Positions 48,852-60,285 of a DNA stretch of 64,000 nucleotides are shown one piece after another; within the stretch, counting starts at the first letter, position 1; every line of letters begins with the position of its first letter. The DNA comes from Gammaproteobacteria bacterium. Its GTDB lineage: Bacteria > Pseudomonadota > Gammaproteobacteria > Eutrophobiales > Eutrophobiaceae. Both the position numbers and the translations under genes were made by a program. A model generated the notes under the pieces. It saw only the letters and a list, made by a program, of their open reading frames with translations, had not been told where the DNA came from and ran no database searches. The DNA is taken from positions 832,001 through 896,000 of the forward strand of contig CBDEUK010000002.1 of the NCBI GenBank assembly GCA_965243205.1. Reading direction: 5' to 3'.

Positions 48852-51800
48852 TTACTGATTTAGCACGGTTTGGTCAACGATATGATTTAATAAATGGGTC
48901 AGTTCTTCATGACGATCAGCAAACTCAGGCAATTCTTTGCTCACACGCAATTTATCATTACCATCTAATTTATAGATGCTCGGCTGAGTTTGAATCAATT
49001 CAATGATTTTGGCTGGGTCAAGTTTTGTTTCTGCTTGAAATACTACTCTACCTCCATTTCCACCCATTTCAATTTTCTTAATACCAATTGGGTTCGCTTG
49101 TAGTTTCAACTCAGTAATATCAAATAAATTCTGTATTGGTTCAGGTAATAAACCGAATCGATCAATCATTTCTACCTGCAATTCTTTTAATTCAGTTTTA
49201 TCTTTAGCACTGGCAATACGTTTATAAAAAATGAGTCTATTATGGACATCTGGTAAATAATCCTCGGGAATTAAAGCTGCGGCATGTAAGTTTATTTCAG
49301 CACCATGGTCCAATGAACGATCTAACTCAGGTTGTTGCCCAGACTGTAACGCCTTAACAGCACGCTCCAATAACTCCATATAAAGACCAAAACCAACTTC
49401 TTGGATATGACCGCTTTGCTCATCACCTAAGATTTCTCCTGAACCACGAATTTCCAAATCGTGAGTTGCTAAGGTAAATCCAATACCCAAATCTTCTAAT
49501 GATTCGATGGCTTCCAATCGTTTGATGGCATCTTTGGTAACAGATTTACGATCAGGAATGATTAAATAGGCATAGGCACGATGATGTGATCTCCCTACTC
49601 GGCCACGTAATTGATATAACTGTGCTAAACCAAATTTATCTGCTCGATCGATAATAATCGTATTTGCATTAGGTACATCAATACCTGTTTCGATAATGGT
49701 TGTACTGACTAAAATATTAAATCGTCGATGATAAAAATCCGACATAATGCGTTCGAGTTCTTTTTCCGGCATTTGACCATGTGCAGTCTCAATTCTCGCT
49801 TCAGGCATTAACTCTTGAATCTTTTTCGCTGTCGCTTCAATACTCTCAACACGATTATGTAAAAAATAAACTTGGCCACCGCGTTTTAATTCACGCATGA
49901 TGGCTTCTTTTAATAAAGCATTGTCCCATTCTCGGACAAAGGTTTTGACCGATAAGCGGCGAGACGGTGGCGTTGATATGATAGAAAGCTCTCGAAGATT
50001 CGACAATGCCATGTTTAATGTTCTTGGTATTGGTGTTGCTGTTAATGTTAAGACATCAATCTCTGAACGTAAGGCTTTAAATTTTTCTTTTTGTCGAACC
50101 CCAAAACGATGTTCTTCATCAATAATCAATAAACCTAAATCTTTAAATTTGATATCACCTAAAATTAATTTATGCGTGCCAATAACAATATCAATCTTGC
50201 CATCTTTTAAACCTTCAATAACTTTATCCTGTTCTTTAGATGTTCTAAAACGTGAAATCAATTCAACCTTCACAGGCCAATCGGCAAAGCGATCGGAAAA
50301 ATTTTGAAAATGCTGTTGAGCTAATAAGGTTGTAGGAACCAATAACGCAACTTGTTTACCATTTTGTACTGCAATAAATGCCGCACGCAAAGCAACTTCG
50401 GTTTTACCAAAACCAGCATCACCACACACTAAGCGATCCATTGGCTTTTCATCATTCATATCTTTTAGAACATCATTAATCGCATCTTGCTGACCAGGTG
50501 TTTCTTCGAATGGAAAACCTTGAACGAAGGCACGATAAGATTCATCCTCAATGTCAAAACTGACGCCTTGTCTTGCTGCACGCTTAGCATGCATATCCAA
50601 TAATTCTGCAGCGACGTCACAAACACGTTGCGCGGCTTTTTTACGCGCTTTTTCCCATGCACCACTTCCTAAACGATGTAACGGTGCGTGTTCTGGATCC
50701 ACGCCTGTATAACGACTGACTAAATCCAATGATGAAACAGGTACATATAACTTATCGCCCTGATCATATTCCAACATAATATATTCAGACAGAATTCCAC
50801 CCGCTTCTAATGTAACTAAACCTTGGTAACGTCCCACACCATGTTCTTCATGAACTACAGGTGCGCCTACAGTAAGTTCTGTTAAGTTACGAATGATAGC
50901 ATCAGAGTCTTGTTTTTTACGTTTGCGTAAACGACGTTGCATAACTCGATCGCCAAACAATTGTGGCTCACTGATAATAGCCAGATCTGGTTGTTCAGTT
51001 TGTAAACCTTTTTCTAACGGGGCAACAGTAATTGCAATGGGGTCATCAGATGCGACAAAATGATTCCAGCTTTCTAACTGTTTCGGATACAAATCATGTT
51101 GTCGAAACAATTCTATTAGTGTTTCTCTCCTACCAATCGTTTCAGCCGTAAACAATACTTTTCCTGGAAATTGATCAATATAGCGTTTTACTAAAGCTAA
51201 TGGTTCTGCAGCACGTGCATCGATAGGCAGTTTTGTCGGTAATACTGTGGAAAAATTTAACGCTTGAGATTTAGCCTGTTCCATAGCCGACATATGAATT
51301 TGCGGAAACTGTTTTAACCTCTCAAACAGTTTGTTATTTGCAATAAACATTTTACTTGGCTCTAAGATAGGCCTTTCAATGTCATAACGCATTTGTTCAT
51401 AACGTTCTTCAATATCTTGCCAAAATTTTTCTGAACTACCGTAACAATCTTCATCAATTAACATTAATGATTGATCAGGCAAATAATCGAACAAGGTATT
51501 GGTTTCTTGATAAAACAACGGTAAGTAATATTCGATACCGCTTGGCGCTAAGCCTTGACTCACATCACGATACACTGGACATTGAGCTGGATTACCTTCA
51601 AATAGATTACGCCACTGACTACGAAAATTCGCTATGCCTTGATCCGTTAAAGCAACTTCTCTTGCAGGTAAAATATTTATTTTATTGATTTTATCATTCG
51701 AACGCTGAGTCTCTGAATCAAAGGTTCTGATGGTATCAATTTGATCATCAAACAGATCAATTCGATAAGGTAATTCAGAACCCATCGGGAATATATCAAC

Positions 51801-52331
51801 TAATGAACCACGGATAGCTAAGTCACCATGCTCTACAACTTGCGATGTAATGTTATAACCATTACTTAACAATTTAGACTTAAATTTTTCCAAGTCTAAT
51901 GTATCGCCGACTTGCATTATAAAACTATTCGCGAATAGATAATCTCGCGGCATTAAATAATGCATTACGGTCGTTATAGGTAAAACTAGAATTCCTTTCT
52001 TTACATCATGTAAACTAGCTAATGTCGCTAATCGTTGAGAAATGATATCTTGATAAGGCGAAAAGGCATCATAAGGTAAGGTTTCCCAATCCGGAAATAA
52101 CATCACAGGAACGTCAGAATCATCACCTAGGAAAAACTTTAACTCGGTTTCAAAATGATGAACGTCTATAGATTCACTTGTAATAATGACTAATAAACCA
52201 TCATGCTCAGCTGCAAGTTGGCTTATGGCTAAAGACTTAGCAGCACCATATAAACGTCCCCAATGTTGACGTTCAGCAGGTTTTGTAGGATAGCTAGGAG
52301 TAAAAGGGCTAACTCGTTTATCAAGACTCAT
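48852..52331 (-). CDS. mfd: Transcription-repair coupling factor
   Basis: FPDWETLPYD, HGVGRY, MDRLVCGDAGFGKT, DEEH, TATPIPRT, QLRGRVGR. Confidence 0.98.
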   Translation of the reverse strand: MSLDKRVSPFTPSYPTKPAERQHWGRLYGAAKSLAISQLAAEHDGLLVIITSESIDVHHFETELKFFLGDDSDVPVMLFPDWETLPYDAFSPYQDIISQRLATLASLHDVKKGILVLPITTVMHYLMPRDYLFANSFIMQVGDTLDLEKFKSKLLSNGYNITSQVVEHGDLAIRGSLVDIFPMGSELPYRIDLFDDQIDTIRTFDSETQRSNDKINKINILPAREVALTDQGIANFRSQWRNLFEGNPAQCPVYRDVSQGLAPSGIEYYLPLFYQETNTLFDYLPDQSLMLIDEDCYGSSEKFWQDIEERYEQMRYDIERPILEPSKMFIANNKLFERLKQFPQIHMSAMEQAKSQALNFSTVLPTKLPIDARAAEPLALVKRYIDQFPGKVLFTAETIGRRETLIELFRQHDLYPKQLESWNHFVASDDPIAITVAPLEKGLQTEQPDLAIISEPQLFGDRVMQRRLRKRKKQDSDAIIRNLTELTVGAPVVHEEHGVGRYQGLVTLEAGGILSEYIMLEYDQGDKLYVPVSSLDLVSRYTGVDPEHAPLHRLGSGAWEKARKKAAQRVCDVAAELLDMHAKRAARQGVSFDIEDESYRAFVQGFPFEETPGQQDAINDVLKDMNDEKPMDRLVCGDAGFGKTEVALRAAFIAVQNGKQVALLVPTTLLAQQHFQNFSDRFADWPVKVELISRFRTSKEQDKVIEGLKDGKIDIVIGTHKLILGDIKFKDLGLLIIDEEHRFGVRQKEKFKALRSEIDVLTLTATPIPRTLNMALSNLRELSIISTPPSRRLSVKTFVREWDNALLKEAIMRELKRGGQVYFLHNRVESIEATAKKIQELMPEARIETAHGQMPEKELERIMSDFYHRRFNILVSTTIIETGIDVPNANTIIIDRADKFGLAQLYQLRGRVGRSHHRAYAYLIIPDRKSVTKDAIKRLEAIESLEDLGIGFTLATHDLEIRGSGEILGDEQSGHIQEVGFGLYMELLERAVKALQSGQQPELDRSLDHGAEINLHAAALIPEDYLPDVHNRLIFYKRIASAKDKTELKELQVEMIDRFGLLPEPIQNLFDITELKLQANPIGIKKIEMGGNGGRVVFQAETKLDPAKIIELIQTQPSIYKLDGNDKLRVSKELPEFADRHEELTHLLNHIVDQTVLNQ

Positions 52332-52358
52332 GATTAGAAACTACACAAATTATTATTA

Positions 52359-53564
52359 TTATTCGCCAGAGACGCCCTGAATAGGTTTTACAGAGGCCCA
52401 AGTTTTACAGGTAGGACAACGCCAATGTAAGGTTTTAGTTGAATATCCACAATGATTACATCGATAATACGATTTTTCAGCTAATAATTTTCCTGTTAAA
52501 TCTTTAATCGTCATTAAACTTTCTTTAGTTTCTCCGCTACTAAAATCCACAACGTATTCAATCATACGATCGACGCCACGGACTGAAGGTCTTTTTTGTA
52601 ATTCATTGGTGATGTATTTAAGTGCTTTATCTTTGCCTTCGTTTTCAGCCAATAACGTAACCATGTGCAACATAGCTCTTATGCTGCCATGACTTTCTAT
52701 GATTCGATCTAAATATTTTTTAAATTCATCAGTCTTATCAAGTTCTGAGTAGACCTTCTTAAGAGGAACAATCGTTTCCGATAAAAAATCTGGATCTTGT
52801 TTTTCGATTCGTAAATAAGATTTAACTGCTTGACGATATTGTTCATGTCTCGATGCTAATTTGCCTTCTAACAAACTTGCCCGTACACACAAGGGATCCA
52901 TACGTAATGCTTTACGAAGTTTATTATTCGCATCCGCTTCTCTTTCGGTACCAATCGCTTCTTCTACTTGTTCACAATAAAACTGGGCAATTAATTTAGA
53001 ATAGATATCTCTCGCACCTGATTGTAAATTAGATGCTGCATCAATCGCTTTATCCCAATCTTTTTCTTGCTGATAAATATTTAACAACTCTCTATAAGCT
53101 TGTTTTTTATGTTCCCCAGAATGAATTAATTCTAAAAATAGCCCTTCGGCTCTGTCTAATAATCCAGAGGCCATGTAGTCCATACCAAGTTGTAATAACG
53201 CTAAACTTCTTTGCTCTTTATTTAAGGTAGGACGAGCAATCAAGTTTTGATGGATACGAATAGCTCGATCAACTTCACCACGACGCCTGAATAAATTACC
53301 TAGAGCCAAATGCGTTTCAACGGTTTCGCTATCCACTTCAAGCATTTTTACAAACACTTCAATCGCTTTATCGGGTTGTTCGTTTAAAACAAAATTTAAA
53401 CCTTTGAAATAGTCTTTATGAATGCCTTGTGAATTTTCAGAGTGATTATTTTTTCGAGAACGGCGCCCAAGAATGAAGCCAATCAATAATGCGAAAAAAA
53501 ATAAGCCTGCAAAAAGCCAGTCTTCACTAAAAGACCAATCGACTTTCCACAAACTATCGAACAT
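52359..53564 (-). CDS. lapB: Lipopolysaccharide assembly protein B
   Basis: GLNFVLNEQPDKAI, LFRRRGEVDRAIRIHQ, TPRs, C-terminal CNHC...CPTC. Confidence 0.96.
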   Translation of the reverse strand: MFDSLWKVDWSFSEDWLFAGLFFFALLIGFILGRRSRKNNHSENSQGIHKDYFKGLNFVLNEQPDKAIEVFVKMLEVDSETVETHLALGNLFRRRGEVDRAIRIHQNLIARPTLNKEQRSLALLQLGMDYMASGLLDRAEGLFLELIHSGEHKKQAYRELLNIYQQEKDWDKAIDAASNLQSGARDIYSKLIAQFYCEQVEEAIGTEREADANNKLRKALRMDPLCVRASLLEGKLASRHEQYRQAVKSYLRIEKQDPDFLSETIVPLKKVYSELDKTDEFKKYLDRIIESHGSIRAMLHMVTLLAENEGKDKALKYITNELQKRPSVRGVDRMIEYVVDFSSGETKESLMTIKDLTGKLLAEKSYYRCNHCGYSTKTLHWRCPTCKTWASVKPIQGVSGE

Positions 53565-53858
53565 TTAATGCTCGTCCTTAATCGGTAGCGTGCGTAGATT
53601 ATTCACTTCTTTATCTTTCAACTCGATTTGACGCTGTAATTTCCTTTTTTCATTTTTGAGTAATAATATTTTTGGCATGATCATAACGATGCCGGCAATT
53701 ACCCCAATAATAATGCTAGCAATAATAAAAATTGAAAAGTGATATTCAAACGTCCCAATGTAATAGTCGAGCATCACTAATTGGTCATTTTTAAGATGGA
53801 ATGAAACACCCAGAATACAAATTAATACCGCTACAATAATCAAAAAATAAAGATACAT
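53565..53858 (-). CDS. lapA: Lipopolysaccharide assembly protein A
   Basis: Two TM segments plus a basic coiled coil; lies between ihfB and lapB. Confidence 0.85.
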   Translation of the reverse strand: MYLYFLIIVAVLICILGVSFHLKNDQLVMLDYYIGTFEYHFSIFIIASIIIGVIAGIVMIMPKILLLKNEKRKLQRQIELKDKEVNNLRTLPIKDEH

Positions 53859-53916
53859 TAAAATTCCCCAGGCGATGCTAAGCGAGTGTTAACAATAAGC
53901 AGACTTGACGAAGAAG

Positions 53917-53941
53917 ACAATAGCCCATGAAGGGCTATTGT
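53917..53941 (-). terminator. Stem-loop directly after the ihfB stop
   Basis: ACAATAGCCC-ATGAA-GGGCTATTGT; pyrimidine tail on the minus strand. Confidence 0.65.
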
Positions 53942-54247
53942 TTAGGTTATAGGCTTGTTTTCAGCGAGGGATAAATCCACGCGTTCCCGTAATTGCTTAC
54001 CGGGTTTGAAATGAGGTACATATTTAGCAGGTAATGATACCGGTTCACCCGATTTCGGGTTACGCCCAACACGAGGTGGGCGATAATGTAAGGCAAAACT
54101 ACCAAAACCACGTATCTCGATTCGTTCACCATTCGACAGAGTCTGCGCCATGTATTCCAACATGGTCTTTACAGCTAACTCCACATCCTTGTAAGCCAAT
54201 TGCGACTGCCGTCTGGCTAACGATTCGATCAGTTCAGATTTAGTCAT
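53942..54247 (-). CDS. ihfB: Integration host factor beta
   Basis: [32 protein letters not shown]. Confidence 0.97.
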   Translation of the reverse strand: MTKSELIESLARRQSQLAYKDVELAVKTMLEYMAQTLSNGERIEIRGFGSFALHYRPPRVGRNPKSGEPVSLPAKYVPHFKPGKQLRERVDLSLAENKPIT

Positions 54248-54338
54248 ATTGATAATGCTCCGCAACAGTTCTAGTTGTGATATGTGACAGAACTTTCATC
54301 CTATTGTTTATATTACCTAAATCTGAGCCGTCATTGAA

Positions 54339-56009
54339 CTAATTATTGTCCAAATGTTCCTTCAAAAGGTCACCCAATTTAGCACCTTGGCCTGAATCTG
54401 GTGAATATTCTTCGACAGTTGCCGCTTCTTCATCCGATTCTTTGGCTCGTACAGATACTGCAATTGAACGCTTTTTACGGTCGATAGCGGTAATCTTCAC
54501 TTCAAGCTCATCACCTTCTTTGACCTCAGTTCGGGCATCATCTATACGTTTCTCAAGAGAAATTTCAGATGCCTTGAGTTGAGCTTCAACCCCTTCGGCC
54601 AATGTCATGACTGCAAATTTTGCATCAACTTCAGAGACTGTACCTGTAACAATACTACCTTTTGAGTACTCTGCCACATAACTTGAGAATGGATCTTTTT
54701 CTAATTGCTTCACGCCTAGTGAAATACGTTCACGTTCAGCATCCACAGCAAGAACCACCGTTTCAAGCTCTTCACCTTTCTTATAACGACGAATGATGTC
54801 TTCGCCATCTTCACCCCAAGTGATATCTGATAAATGAACCAAACCATCGATACCACCATCAAGACCGATAAAAATACCGAAATCGGTAATCGATTTGATG
54901 GTACCCGCAATACGATCACCTTTATTATGAGTGGCAGCAAAGCTTTCCCAAGGGTTCGGTTGACATTGTTTCATGCCAAGTGAAATACGACGACGTTCTT
55001 CGTCGATATCAAGGATGATCACATCTACTTCTTGGCCGATGTGTACTAATTTCGATGGATGAACGTTTTTATTAGTCCAATCCATTTCCGATACGTGTAC
55101 CAGTCCTTCAACACCTTCTTCTAGCTCTACGAAACAACCATAGTCAGCAAGATTGGTAACAACACCATGTAAGCGAGAATTTTCTGGATAACGACGTGTT
55201 AAATCTGCCCAAGGGTCTTCACCCATTTGTTTCAAGCCTAATGAAACACGGTTACGATCACGATCAAATTTAAGAACCTTCACTTCGATTTCATCACCAA
55301 TATTCACAATCTCAGCTGGATTCTTAACTCGTTTCCAAGCCATATCGGTAATATGCAGTAGACCGTCAACACCGCCTAAATCAAGGAATGCACCATAATC
55401 GGTAAGGTTTTTAACCACACCTTTGGTGATTGCGCCTTCATTAAGCTGCTCTAACATTTCTTCACGTTCTACTGAAGATTCGTTTTCAACCACAGCACGT
55501 CTTGATACCACTACGTTGCTGCGTTTTTGGTCAATTTTAATGACCTTAAATTCAAGCGTTTTACCTTCTAAATAAGAAGTATCTTTGACCGGACGAACAT
55601 CCACTAATGAACCCGGCAAGAATGCGCGGACTTTATTGATATCGACGGTGAAACCACCTTTCACACGCTCAGCAATCACACCAATAACTGTTTCTTCTGC
55701 TTCGTGCGCTTTTTCTAGTTCGCCCCAAGCTTGTAAGCGTTTGGCTTTTTCTCGCGATAAACGAGTTTCACCATAACCATCTTCGATAACATCTAGGGCA
55801 ACTTCCACTTCGTCGCCAATAGCAACTTCAAGTTCGCCTTTTTCATCGAAAAATTGATCTATGGGAATGACGCCTTCTGATTTGAGGCCGGCGTTGACAA
55901 TGACTTTGTCTTGATTGATATCTACGATTTGACCGCTAACGATAGAGCCAGGACGCATTTTCGCTTCGATTTGGCTCTGTTCAAATAATTCTGCAAAACT
56001 TTCACTCAT
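54339..56009 (-). CDS. rpsA: 30S ribosomal protein S1
   Basis: [10 protein letters not shown] and six S1 repeats ([23 protein letters not shown]). Confidence 0.98.
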   Translation of the reverse strand: MSESFAELFEQSQIEAKMRPGSIVSGQIVDINQDKVIVNAGLKSEGVIPIDQFFDEKGELEVAIGDEVEVALDVIEDGYGETRLSREKAKRLQAWGELEKAHEAEETVIGVIAERVKGGFTVDINKVRAFLPGSLVDVRPVKDTSYLEGKTLEFKVIKIDQKRSNVVVSRRAVVENESSVEREEMLEQLNEGAITKGVVKNLTDYGAFLDLGGVDGLLHITDMAWKRVKNPAEIVNIGDEIEVKVLKFDRDRNRVSLGLKQMGEDPWADLTRRYPENSRLHGVVTNLADYGCFVELEEGVEGLVHVSEMDWTNKNVHPSKLVHIGQEVDVIILDIDEERRRISLGMKQCQPNPWESFAATHNKGDRIAGTIKSITDFGIFIGLDGGIDGLVHLSDITWGEDGEDIIRRYKKGEELETVVLAVDAERERISLGVKQLEKDPFSSYVAEYSKGSIVTGTVSEVDAKFAVMTLAEGVEAQLKASEISLEKRIDDARTEVKEGDELEVKITAIDRKKRSIAVSVRAKESDEEAATVEEYSPDSGQGAKLGDLLKEHLDNN

Positions 56010-56138
56010 AAAAATAACTTACCATTTGCTGAAGATAGCGCTCCTCAGGTTATCGTTTAGAAACAAGACTTTATACATATTTTAAAGCGATGTTTCCTTG
56101 CACGGAATGTGCCGTTTTTACTAAATTCCATCAATAGC

Positions 56139-56170
56139 AAAAACCCATTACAAACACTTGTTCGTAATGG
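56139..56170 (-). terminator. Terminator-like hairpin between cmk and rpsA
   Basis: Minus strand CCATTACGAAC-AAGT-GTTTGTAATGG followed by GTTTTT. Confidence 0.55.
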
Positions 56171-56214
56171 TTAAAAGAACTCAACAAAATCGATTAGATT
56201 TTACGGCCCTGCTT

Positions 56215-56928
56215 TCAATTACAATGTGAAGAGAATGTTGGAGATATGCTGAAGGTCTTTTGTACCAACTCGCCAACTCGGTCCACAACTTGTTGGATGT
56301 TGACGTCACTGGTATCAATTATGATGGCATCATCCGCTGGCCTGAGCGGGGATGTTTTACGTTCACTGTCCCTAGTATCCCGCTCCGCTATATCGGCCGA
56401 AAGCTGCGCGAGATTAACACTAATGCCTTGTTCCATCAACTGTTTCTGGCGTCTTTTGGCACGGACTTCAGCACTCGCAGTAAGATAGATTTTGAGTTCG
56501 GCATCGGGAAAGACCGTGGTGCCCATATCACGACCATCTGCAATTAAACCAGGTGCTTGTTGGAATTGTCGTTGGCGTTCAAATAGCGCGGCACGAACTT
56601 TTGGATAGGCTGCAACGATAGAGGCGTAACGACCGCAGTCTTCAGTTCGAATAAGATGGCTGACTTCTTCCTCTTCAAAGTACACTTTAACCAGATTTCC
56701 TGTACTGGTGACATCAAAGCGCACATTCAAATCGGATGCTAGAGTTGCCAAGGCATCTTCATCATCCCAATGAATTTCATGTTTCATCGCACCAGTGGCA
56801 ACAATGCGATAAAGCGCGCCACTATCTAATAAATGCCAATCCAGTCCCAAGGCCAATTGAATGCATAAGGTACCTTTACCAGTACCACTCGGCCCATCAA
56901 CAGTAATAACGGGAATATTCTCAGCCAC
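56215..56928 (-). CDS. cmk: Cytidylate kinase
   Basis: DGPSGTGKGT, LDSGALYR, ADGRDMGT, ERD.RD; likely GTG start overlapping the aroA stop. Confidence 0.97.
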   Translation of the reverse strand: MAENIPVITVDGPSGTGKGTLCIQLALGLDWHLLDSGALYRIVATGAMKHEIHWDDEDALATLASDLNVRFDVTSTGNLVKVYFEEEEVSHLIRTEDCGRYASIVAAYPKVRAALFERQRQFQQAPGLIADGRDMGTTVFPDAELKIYLTASAEVRAKRRQKQLMEQGISVNLAQLSADIAERDTRDSERKTSPLRPADDAIIIDTSDVNIQQVVDRVGELVQKTFSISPTFSSHCN

Positions 56929-58249
56929 GCTCGACAACCGAAAGAGAAAGTCCAGCTTGTGTCGCTAGCTCAACAAAGTTTGGAAATGAGGTTGCAACGT
57001 TGTTGCAATCCAAAATATGAATCGGCTGTTCAGAAACTAAGCCAGCCATAGAAAATGACATCGCGATACGATGATCAGTCAAACTATCTACCGTACCACC
57101 TTTGATAATTCCGCCTTCGACTACCATACCATCATCGTATTCTTCTAATTGAATTCCAATCGCCCTTAAACCATCAGCCATAGCTTTAATACGATCACTT
57201 TCTTTCACACGAAGTTCTTTCGCACCTGTTAAAATAGTCTCACCTTCTGCCACAGCAGCAGCGACTAAGATAGCCGGAAACTCATCGATCGCAATCGGTA
57301 CAAACTTTTCAGGAATCTCGATACCTTTTAATTGGCTAGATTTCACTTCGATATCCGCAACAGGTTCACCACCAACAAATTGTTCATTCGTGATCGCAAT
57401 ATCGCCGCCCATCATTTTAAGGATATCGATCACCGCGGCTCGAGTTGGATTCACACCGACTTGTTTTAAAATAATGTGACTATCTTTAGCGATTAAAGCA
57501 CCGACCATAAAAAATGCGGCCGAAGAAATATCACTCGGTACATTAATATCAGTACTTTTTAAAGTTTGATTGCCTTTTAATGAAACAGTTAAAGCATTCT
57601 GTTCAACTTCCACCCCAAACGCCTTTAGCATGCGTTCAGTATGATCACGACTTACCGCAGGTTCATGAATCACAGTAGTACCTTCAGCGTATAACCCTGC
57701 GAGTAGTAAACAAGACTTCAACTGCGCACTGGCAACTGGACATTGATAATCCAACGCGGTTAAAGAATTTGCTTTACCTATCTTTAACGGCAAGGTTCCA
57801 TCATCTTCAGCGGATATATTCGCTCCCATTTGTTGTAATGGTTTTACCACGCGATTCATCGGCCGTGTCATTAAAGAAGCATCACCAACAATCTCACATT
57901 CCACACCTGCTCCAGCCAAAATACCTGCTAACAAACGTGTTGAAGTACCAGAGTTACCAAGGTCAATAGCTTTTGAAGGATTTTTCAATCCATGCAAACC
58001 CACACCTTTTACGGTTAATTCTGTTTTGGAATGTTGCTCAACTTCAACACCAAGTTCTACCAAAGCCGCAGCCGTCGCTAAGGTATCTTCACCTGGTAAA
58101 AAACCTGCGATATTAGTTTCACCTTCGGCTAATGCTGCAAACATTAAAGAGCGATGCGAAATGGATTTATCGCCTGGCAAATGTATTTCACCTTTTAATG
58201 AGCCATTAGGTGATATTGTAAAATCGATTGGATGAGCAGATTTGGACAT
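56921..58249 (-). CDS. aroA: EPSP synthase
   Basis: PGDKSISHR, GNSGT, ASAQLKS, SRDHTE, ELRVKESDR, DHRIAM. Confidence 0.97.
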   Translation of the reverse strand: MSKSAHPIDFTISPNGSLKGEIHLPGDKSISHRSLMFAALAEGETNIAGFLPGEDTLATAAALVELGVEVEQHSKTELTVKGVGLHGLKNPSKAIDLGNSGTSTRLLAGILAGAGVECEIVGDASLMTRPMNRVVKPLQQMGANISAEDDGTLPLKIGKANSLTALDYQCPVASAQLKSCLLLAGLYAEGTTVIHEPAVSRDHTERMLKAFGVEVEQNALTVSLKGNQTLKSTDINVPSDISSAAFFMVGALIAKDSHIILKQVGVNPTRAAVIDILKMMGGDIAITNEQFVGGEPVADIEVKSSQLKGIEIPEKFVPIAIDEFPAILVAAAVAEGETILTGAKELRVKESDRIKAMADGLRAIGIQLEEYDDGMVVEGGIIKGGTVDSLTDHRIAMSFSMAGLVSEQPIHILDCNNVATSFPNFVELATQAGLSLSVVERG

Positions 58250-58260
58250 CTTTTATTTTG

Positions 58261-59151
58261 TTAATTATTATCTCTTAACTTACGCTGATCCATAAACTGA
58301 TCGCGCTGTTGTTTAGCATTTTGAAAAATTTTAAGTAACGATTCAGAATCATCATTGATGATCGCTTGACGAATTTGATCAATATGTTGATCAAATTTAT
58401 CTAACACACTTAATAAACTTTTACGGTTGGAATAACAGATATCATGCCACATCTCAGGACTGCTTGATGCGATACGTGTAAAGTCAGCAAAACCTCCCGC
58501 AGCATTACAAAAGATTTCATCGCTATCTTCCATTGCCGCCAAACAATCGACTAAAGCATAGGCTAACATATGCGGTAAGTGACTCGTCGCTGCTAGGATT
58601 TGATCATGACTTTCTACATCCATATTTACTACGTCAGCGCCTGTAGTTTCCCACATTTCAGTGATCACACTTAACGCATGAATATTCGTTTGTGTTGTAG
58701 GTGTTAAAATAATTCTGTGTGCTTCGAATAGTTCAGCAAACGAAGCTTCAACACCACTGTTTTCAGTCCCTGCGATAGGATGACCTGGAACAAAGCGTGT
58801 CGCATCGTCTAAATATTTCTCCGCCGCTTCAACCACACTGCCTTTCACACTGCCCACATCGGTAATGATCGCATCGGCTTTTACATGAGTTTTCATATTT
58901 TGAAATAATTCTGCGTAGCAACCCAATGGTGTTGCTAATACAATGACATCAGCTGCACGAACAACATCAACAAGTTGTTTACTGAACTCATCGATCACTC
59001 CCAATTCTTTCGCTTTAACTAACGATGGAGTATGTCTGCCATAACCAATGATTCGCTCAACAGCATTATGTTTTTTTAAAGCTCTAGCCAATGAACCGCC
59101 GATAAGACCAACGCCTAAAATTGCTAGAGTATTAATATGAAATTCGGACAT
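58261..59151 (-). CDS. tyrA: Prephenate/cyclohexadienyl dehydrogenase
   Basis: GVGLIGGS, TDVGSVK, GHPIAGTE, HD..LA.TSHLPH, TRIASS. Confidence 0.94.
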   Translation of the reverse strand: MSEFHINTLAILGVGLIGGSLARALKKHNAVERIIGYGRHTPSLVKAKELGVIDEFSKQLVDVVRAADVIVLATPLGCYAELFQNMKTHVKADAIITDVGSVKGSVVEAAEKYLDDATRFVPGHPIAGTENSGVEASFAELFEAHRIILTPTTQTNIHALSVITEMWETTGADVVNMDVESHDQILAATSHLPHMLAYALVDCLAAMEDSDEIFCNAAGGFADFTRIASSSPEMWHDICYSNRKSLLSVLDKFDQHIDQIRQAIINDDSESLLKIFQNAKQQRDQFMDQRKLRDNN

Positions 59152-59154
59152 AAA

Positions 59155-60255
59155 TTATTTTGCTAATACTTCGGTTAACGCATTAATAAATTTTTGATTT
59201 TCAGATTCTAGGCCAATGGTCACTCGAATAAATTCAGGCATACCATAGTTATCAACTGGCCTTACAATCACTCCACGTTTTAATAGCTCTTGATATACTT
59301 CAGAGCCTGATTGTTGCAAATTGACACTGAGAAAATTACCCATCGAAGGAATAAAATGTAAACCCATGCTATCGAATGTATTGGCTAATTGTTTTAAACC
59401 TTGTGAATTCAATTCAACACTTTTTTGAATAAAGTCTTGATCATCCAAAGCCACTTCCGCTGCTAATAATGCTAGGGCATTTGAATTAAACGGTTGTCTT
59501 ACTCGGTTTAATAAATCCGCGACATCCTTATGGGAAATGGAATAACCTGTTCGTAAACTGGCTAAGCCATAAGCTTTAGAAAACGTTCTGCTTATCACCA
59601 AATTTGTATATTCGTTCAAACATTCAACTGCTTTTGGAAAATCATTTTTATCAGCGTATTCAAAATAGGCCTCATCCAAAACAACAATGACATTGTTTGG
59701 AATTTGTTTTATAAAATTTAAAAAGTCAGTATGACTAAACCAAGTACCTGTAGGGTTATTTGGATTGGCTAAGAAAATGATTCGAGTATTTTCATTCACT
59801 AACTGAACAATGCCATCTAAATCATTACCCCAATTTTTCGCTGGACAAGTAATAGCTTTAGCGCCAATGGCTTGAGTCACTAATGGATAAACCGCAAAAG
59901 CATGTTCAGAAAAAATAACATTATGATTAGGCGTTAAGATTGCACGAGCAATTAATTCCAAAATTTCATTCGAACCGTTACCAATGGTAATTTGATCCGC
60001 AGATACATTATGAATACCCGCTAACTTACTTTTTAAAGTATATGCATTACCATCTGGGTAACGTGAGTATTCATCAAAGTTAGCTATAGCTTGTTTAACT
60101 TTAGGGCTGCAACCTAATGGGTTTTCATTCGATGCTAACTTAACAATATTATCTAAACCCAGTTCACGTTGTAACTCTTCAACAGGCTTACCCGCTTGAT
60201 AAGGACGAAGTTTTGCAACACCAGTCGTGGCTAAAGAAATTAGATCACAACTCAT
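59155..60255 (-). CDS. hisC: Histidinol-phosphate/aromatic aminotransferase
   Basis: KLASNENP, GNGSNE, NPNNPTG, DEAY, RTFSKAYGLASLR. Confidence 0.95.
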   Translation of the reverse strand: MSCDLISLATTGVAKLRPYQAGKPVEELQRELGLDNIVKLASNENPLGCSPKVKQAIANFDEYSRYPDGNAYTLKSKLAGIHNVSADQITIGNGSNEILELIARAILTPNHNVIFSEHAFAVYPLVTQAIGAKAITCPAKNWGNDLDGIVQLVNENTRIIFLANPNNPTGTWFSHTDFLNFIKQIPNNVIVVLDEAYFEYADKNDFPKAVECLNEYTNLVISRTFSKAYGLASLRTGYSISHKDVADLLNRVRQPFNSNALALLAAEVALDDQDFIQKSVELNSQGLKQLANTFDSMGLHFIPSMGNFLSVNLQQSGSEVYQELLKRGVIVRPVDNYGMPEFIRVTIGLESENQKFINALTEVLAK

Positions 60256-60285
60256 AATTCAATACCTATTACTACAAATATCATT